64,000 nt of DNA, taken from a virus (Duplodnaviria > Caudoviricetes). The first letter of the stretch is position 1; every line of letters starts with the position of its first letter. The DNA is taken from the IMG/VR virus record IMGVR_UViG_3300016744_000001. One strand, 5' to 3'. Under the pieces are notes generated by a model. It saw nothing but the letters and a program-made list of their open reading frames with translations. It had not been told where the DNA came from and did no database searches. Position numbers and translations under genes: made by a program. Positions 59,638-64,000 of this stretch are shown piece after piece.

Positions 59638-60024
59638 ATGAAAATCATCTCCTGTTTGATCCTTATTCTCGGCATCGCCTGCACTGCTCACGCCCGTGAT
59701 CCTTTCGACACCTTCATGTCCTTGAACTATCAGCAGTGCGCCCGCACCTCTGGTGAAAGCATCTGTCTCGCCCGTGAGCTGGACCAGCAGAACAAAGCCT
59801 TGGCTGTACTGCGCCAGAACATCATCAACCACTGTGGCGGCCGGCAGCAATGCATCGCTTCTTTTGAAAACTACCGCATGGCCATGGATCAAGATCTCAT
59901 CGCTCTTCAGCAGCTGATGCAGGCGACTTCACCCAACACCAACTCGATCACTTTGAAGAAAGCAGCGGTCATCATGACCATGCGTCGCATTGAACTTCTT
60001 GGGGCATTGTTCCCCAGACGGTAG
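59638..60024 (+). CDS. secreted helical Cys-containing protein (LprI-like)
   Basis: Signal peptide ending TAHA; YQQCARTSGESICLARELDQQNKAL...TMRRIELL. Confidence 0.5.
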   Translation: MKIISCLILILGIACTAHARDPFDTFMSLNYQQCARTSGESICLARELDQQNKALAVLRQNIINHCGGRQQCIASFENYRMAMDQDLIALQQLMQATSPNTNSITLKKAAVIMTMRRIELLGALFPRR

Positions 60025-60027
60025 ACA

Positions 60028-60055
60028 TGATGGCCGGGGATATCCCCGGCCATCA
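60028..60055. repeat. 28-bp perfect palindrome (GGGGATATCCCC core)
   Basis: tgatggccggggat|atccccggccatca. Confidence 0.9.
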
Positions 60056-60096
60056 TCAAAACCTACAGATGTTTTATTTTTTATAAAGGAGTCATT

Positions 60097-60447
60097 ATGC
60101 ACAGATACGTCATCACTGATATTGCTGGGAACATCTGGTTTGGTGAGATGACCTTAAACTGGTTCCAAAAGTTGTTTCCACCAAAACAATTCACGTTAAG
60201 GAATGCTCGGCAATCAATCAATCAAAAAGCAGCATTAAACACAGTGTTCTTTAAAGTTGGTGATCCTGTTCCACATCCATTTTCAACACTTGTTCCTGGA
60301 CTTTGGACAAACGTCGCGATTGATGAGATGACTCTGCAATGGAGTTCTTTCTTCCGAGTACATGATCAAGCTGAGAAGACTGGTCTATCAGATCGACCAG
60401 TAGCTGATCGTGAGAAGTATGGAATAGTCATTGATAACGACGACTAG
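60097..60447 (+). CDS. hypothetical protein
   Basis: AAGGAG RBS. Confidence 0.65.
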   Translation: MHRYVITDIAGNIWFGEMTLNWFQKLFPPKQFTLRNARQSINQKAALNTVFFKVGDPVPHPFSTLVPGLWTNVAIDEMTLQWSSFFRVHDQAEKTGLSDRPVADREKYGIVIDNDD

Positions 60448-60525
60448 CGTACATTATTATTTCTCTGACAAATATTGAATGTACAGTCCGAATATTGTAA
60501 ACCCCAACCCTTGAAGGAGACAGAA

Positions 60526-61359
60526 ATGTCGCTTCCGATTCTTACATTCACAGCCCTTGTGAACTATACTCCCAATCTGACCGCCGGCACCGTGCTTGAA
60601 CGCGCTTCGGTACAAAGCATCTTCGGCCGTGTCAACGACCAGCTGATACATGATTTCGCTGGTCAGGAACTGACTCTGACGATCAAACGTCTGAGCCGTG
60701 ACTCTGATGGTAACATGCGTGGCGCGGCCAAAGACGATGAAATCTACACCCTGAACGACTCCAAAGCCGCCGCCCTGCGGCATCTCCACCTGACCGACGC
60801 CAATGGCAATCAGGTTCGTTCCATCGTTCTGGCCCTTACCGAACTGGTGGCCACAGAACTGTTTGGTGAAATCAACGACGAAAAGGTCTTCTCCTGCCCG
60901 GTAGCTGAAAACCTTCTTGGCGTCATCGGTGAAGCCAGCAGCATCTTCAAAGCCACCAATGAATTCAGCTACCCCATGCACGAAGGTCTGCTGCTCTACC
61001 CTGACAACAAGTGGTATGTCCTCGTTCGCTTCTTTGGTGAAGAAGGCAAAGATCCCCAGGTGGAAAAACGTCTGGCCACTGCGGCCGAACTCAAAGCCGC
61101 TGGCATCAGCCAGGACTTCCCGATCAAAATCGCCATCGACTTCAGCAACGGCGCCCCCAACAAGTTTACCGACGACAAGGGTGTCTGGCAGATCGTTACC
61201 GGTGCCAAGTTGGTGAACACTGACAAGGGTGGCACTGCTTACGTACTGGATTACCGCGCCTGCACCCAGGCTGAAATCCCTGTGGTCCCAGCCGGTGACC
61301 CTGCTGCTGAAACCACCAAGGTTGCGGCGCCTACAGTCGCCACAAGCGAAAAGAAGTAA
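60526..61359 (+). CDS. hypothetical protein with strongly biased codon usage
   Basis: AAGGAG RBS before ATG 60526; GC-richer, C-ending codons. Confidence 0.75.
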   Translation: MSLPILTFTALVNYTPNLTAGTVLERASVQSIFGRVNDQLIHDFAGQELTLTIKRLSRDSDGNMRGAAKDDEIYTLNDSKAAALRHLHLTDANGNQVRSIVLALTELVATELFGEINDEKVFSCPVAENLLGVIGEASSIFKATNEFSYPMHEGLLLYPDNKWYVLVRFFGEEGKDPQVEKRLATAAELKAAGISQDFPIKIAIDFSNGAPNKFTDDKGVWQIVTGAKLVNTDKGGTAYVLDYRACTQAEIPVVPAGDPAAETTKVAAPTVATSEKK

Positions 61360-61444
61360 CCCTTCTTGACACATCCATCTGGTGGCTCAAATGCCACCAG
61401 ATGTGATCGTTGTATGCTTAGTGAACTCTACCCGAGGGCTTTCC

Positions 61445-62713
61445 ATGAACTACTACAAATCACGTTTTGATGGACTTCCGTATTTTCAGCCAGAAATCAC
61501 AGTGAAGCACATCGAACGCATTCTTGCTTGCTGTACGTATTTTGAAACAAAAGATCAGCATGCCAGCGCACTGAACTCACCATTGCTTGGTGTTGTACCA
61601 ATCTACTTTACGTCAATTGATGTTGCCATGCTGTATGATGTTTTTCAAGTCAATGAGGATGACATCACTAAGATTGTTCAGGAGAGTGAGTTCACTGATC
61701 CTAACTGGGTTGTGACCAACGATCCTTATAACAACGTTGTCATCTATCTCGTTCACCGAATCATGGCTACCTCACTTGATGGTGACATCAAGAAACAAGG
61801 GGCGATGGCTCTGTTGAAACTGCTCCATTACAAATATTTCACTTCATTGGTATTCAACTCGTACAAGTTTGGTGCTGATGAAGAAACCATGTCTTGGGTA
61901 ATCAACACTCTCTCTAAGAAGTATGACCTCACCAAGTACGAAACATGGAAAGCCGTTATTGAAGCCAGATGTGAAGATATCTTGACACCGGGATCACTTC
62001 ACTACGATACCCTGCTGAAGTTCACAGATGACGTAGCGATCATCTACGTCATCTCAGACACTCAATCCAACCTTCGTCAGAAGATCGTCCGGATCAACTG
62101 TCTCTACTACGAAGCAAAGGCTCAGAAAGAGTCCATTGGTAGTTACAGTTCTTTGGATAACATCGACGGTCAGAAGATCATTGCCTCAACCACAGAAATG
62201 TTTGACGTGATGATCTCAGGGATGAGTCTTCAAGCTCAATCCCCAGCAAGGCTTCTTGACTTTGAGTTGCTTGAAGTCATCGCTTCCAAGTACAAGGAAG
62301 TGTCAGCTGAAACGCTTCGGTTAACCTTGACCAAATTCTGTGAGCTGACGGTCGAGCAGGCATCATCACAGAACTACAAGCGCAATATCTATCTCCAGAA
62401 CAAAGAGACTGGGGAAAAAGACTTGGTGTATGTATCAACGCAAAAACTACTCTCTGAGTTCTTGCAGAAGTCATATCGCTATTGCATCATGAGCAAAGAT
62501 GTCAACATGTCTTCGAAGAAATCTATCCTGATCAAGGTGATCAATACGTACACCTCATCTCGTGTGATTGATCCTGACATTTTGACAATCAAACGTTCCT
62601 TCATGTACTTTGTCCTCAACTGTGAGATCAGTCGTCGACCAGCCACCAACGCAGCATTGTCAGTGTGCTTGGTTATCTACTTCTTGATCAGATCTTTTGA
62701 TTACGTGCAGTAG
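61445..62713 (+). CDS. jumbo-phage hypothetical protein (possibly phiKZ gp174-like)
   Basis: LLGVVPI.F, LHYKYFTSL, LSKKYDL.KY.TW, YVISDTQSNLR. Confidence 0.55.
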   Translation: MNYYKSRFDGLPYFQPEITVKHIERILACCTYFETKDQHASALNSPLLGVVPIYFTSIDVAMLYDVFQVNEDDITKIVQESEFTDPNWVVTNDPYNNVVIYLVHRIMATSLDGDIKKQGAMALLKLLHYKYFTSLVFNSYKFGADEETMSWVINTLSKKYDLTKYETWKAVIEARCEDILTPGSLHYDTLLKFTDDVAIIYVISDTQSNLRQKIVRINCLYYEAKAQKESIGSYSSLDNIDGQKIIASTTEMFDVMISGMSLQAQSPARLLDFELLEVIASKYKEVSAETLRLTLTKFCELTVEQASSQNYKRNIYLQNKETGEKDLVYVSTQKLLSEFLQKSYRYCIMSKDVNMSSKKSILIKVINTYTSSRVIDPDILTIKRSFMYFVLNCEISRRPATNAALSVCLVIYFLIRSFDYVQ

Positions 62714-62722
62714 AGGACAACT

Positions 62723-63124
62723 ATGTACACATTCAAAATCCCACATGACTTTAGCAATCCGACATTACTCATGCGTCCCGGTGAGGTACATTACCACACG
62801 ATCAACCTTGGTCAATGTGGTTACACTGGACCCGGGAAGTACTCGATCCATGCAGTTGCTAGCAATGATGTTAAGGTCGAAGTATTTGTCAGTGACATCT
62901 CTCTTTCAGAAATGGAATTGGGATGGAATAACTGCGAAAGCATCCAACAATTTGTAGTGAACGGTGGCAACAACCATTTCCAACAAGGGGAATTCGTTGA
63001 TGTCGCTGCACTACTGATGTTCAAACTCACGGCGTCTTCTCTTGCTCCAGATGTTGTTGCAGTCAGTCTGAGCTTGTGCTTCAAAGATTTGCCTCGAAAA
63101 AAGCAACCAAAACTGACCCCATAA
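62723..63124 (+). CDS. hypothetical protein
   Basis: GAGG RBS; followed by GCGA-loop hairpin 63127-63158. Confidence 0.6.
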   Translation: MYTFKIPHDFSNPTLLMRPGEVHYHTINLGQCGYTGPGKYSIHAVASNDVKVEVFVSDISLSEMELGWNNCESIQQFVVNGGNNHFQQGEFVDVAALLMFKLTASSLAPDVVAVSLSLCFKDLPRKKQPKLTP

Positions 63125-63164
63125 TCGAGATACCTGCAGGGCGACCTGCAGGTATCTCAGATCT

Positions 63165-63773
63165 TTACTTAAAGACGGTTGATGCTGCACCCAATGCCCC
63201 ACCAATCGCACCACCACCAAGAGGGGAGCAAGATTGATTCAGTGGAGTACTGTTGTAGATCATGTTGTTCTTCGACAAAGAGTCCATGTTACTACCGAAG
63301 TAGTAGTCATAGACGTTTTTCAGCAAAGCGACACTACCAGTGTTACAAGCACCAAGCAGATAACTACCATCACTGGAGACTTTGATCTGAAGGAAGATCA
63401 AAACAAAGCAACCAATGATGTTAAGCAAAAAGAACAAGAGCGCACCCAGCGCAAGCATCTCAGGAACTCGGCTGTTACCAATACGAGCTTCCCGATCACG
63501 AGCAGACTTGCGATCGTCAACCACAAGAGCGGCAAGATCGATCCCTTTCTGAGCCATCTCTTCTTGGAATCGATTGTTTTCTTGTTTGATCGCCAACACC
63601 TGATCAGGTGTCAGGTTTTGAAAAGCTGCGGCAACTTGTTGTTCTGTAACTTCCGACCCAAGACCAAGTGCTCCACCAAGAGCAGCCACAGCGGCACCTG
63701 CAAGTGGACCACCAAGGGCGGTAGCAATCGTTGGAGCAAGTGTCCCAACGACTGACTTCCAGTTAAAATCCAT
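63165..63773 (-). CDS. holin-like membrane protein
   Basis: WKSVVGTLAPTIATALGGPLAG, DRKSARDRE, two TMs, YYFGS; directly downstream of the endolysin. Confidence 0.7.
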   Translation of the reverse strand: MDFNWKSVVGTLAPTIATALGGPLAGAAVAALGGALGLGSEVTEQQVAAAFQNLTPDQVLAIKQENNRFQEEMAQKGIDLAALVVDDRKSARDREARIGNSRVPEMLALGALLFFLLNIIGCFVLIFLQIKVSSDGSYLLGACNTGSVALLKNVYDYYFGSNMDSLSKNNMIYNSTPLNQSCSPLGGGAIGGALGAASTVFK

Positions 63774-64000
63774 AACCCCTCCGAATGTTTTCTTCCGTAG
63801 CCGCAGTGATGCCACTCACATGGATCTCATTGATCAACGCACGGCAAGCGTTTACTCGTGCCGTCCAGCCAGCAATGAATGTTCCATAGACCGATGATTT
63901 TCCTGTAGCCAATGATGTATAAAATTCCTGACGTTTGGTCTGGAACTTATTAGCCAGTTCAAAGTCACGGCCTTGGTCGTTGAGCATCTTGCATGCCGCT
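63763..64000 (-). CDS. endolysin C-terminus (GH108 peptidoglycan-binding domain-like), 5'-truncated
   Basis: RQEFYTSL...FIAGWTARV; frame open to the window edge. Confidence 0.65.
   Translation of the reverse strand, partial: AACKMLNDQGRDFELANKFQTKRQEFYTSLATGKSSVYGTFIAGWTARVNACRALINEIHVSGITAATEENIRRGYGF

Noticed and set aside
17557-60055. Integron attC sites
   Set aside because: The palindromes lack RYYYAAC/GTTRRRY ends and extrahelical bases, and no integrase is in the window.
1-64000. Genome-wide stop-codon recoding (TAG or TGA)
   Set aside because: Core genes are long and intact in code 11, and TAG/TGA end genes right before an RBS or hairpin (for example 17548, 38719, 41015).
1-64000. 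CRISPR array, tRNA or rRNA genes
   Set aside because: No regularly spaced direct repeats or cloverleaf/T-loop signatures were seen by eye; tRNAscan-SE would be needed to exclude tRNAs fully.

Overview
The window is 64 kb of a phiKZ-like jumbo myophage genome (Chimalliviridae-like). No chimallin gene was recognised here, so nucleus formation is inferred only from relatedness. It contains a virion/packaging core: portal-like protein, tail sheath and tube, baseplate-type structural proteins, a virion RNAP beta'-C-terminal-like subunit, prohead protease and large terminase. Islands of accessory genes break up this core. Most islands start with a phiKZ-type early promoter (TATATTAC), and nearly all transcription units are bounded by long inverted repeats, several of them perfect palindromes centred on GGATATCC. 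The top finding is an ORF missing from the supplied track (1..855, minus strand, truncated by the window edge). It is a PurZ-type enzyme for 2-aminoadenine (Z-base) synthesis, not a PurA (GQFGSTGKG, PNAGHT, FPIRVG, ELTTVTK). Other notable loci are an active ClpP plus catalytically dead ClpR-like pair between prohead protease and terminase, an M20 glutamate carboxypeptidase plus AbgT folate-salvage module, and an NAD+/ADP-ribose counter-defence set (NAMPT, NadM-Nudix, NADAR, DarG-like macrodomain). The window also has a MYG1 nuclease, several tandem paralog families and a lysis cassette at the right edge. phiKZ gp numbers come from remembered size, synteny and motifs, not from searches.
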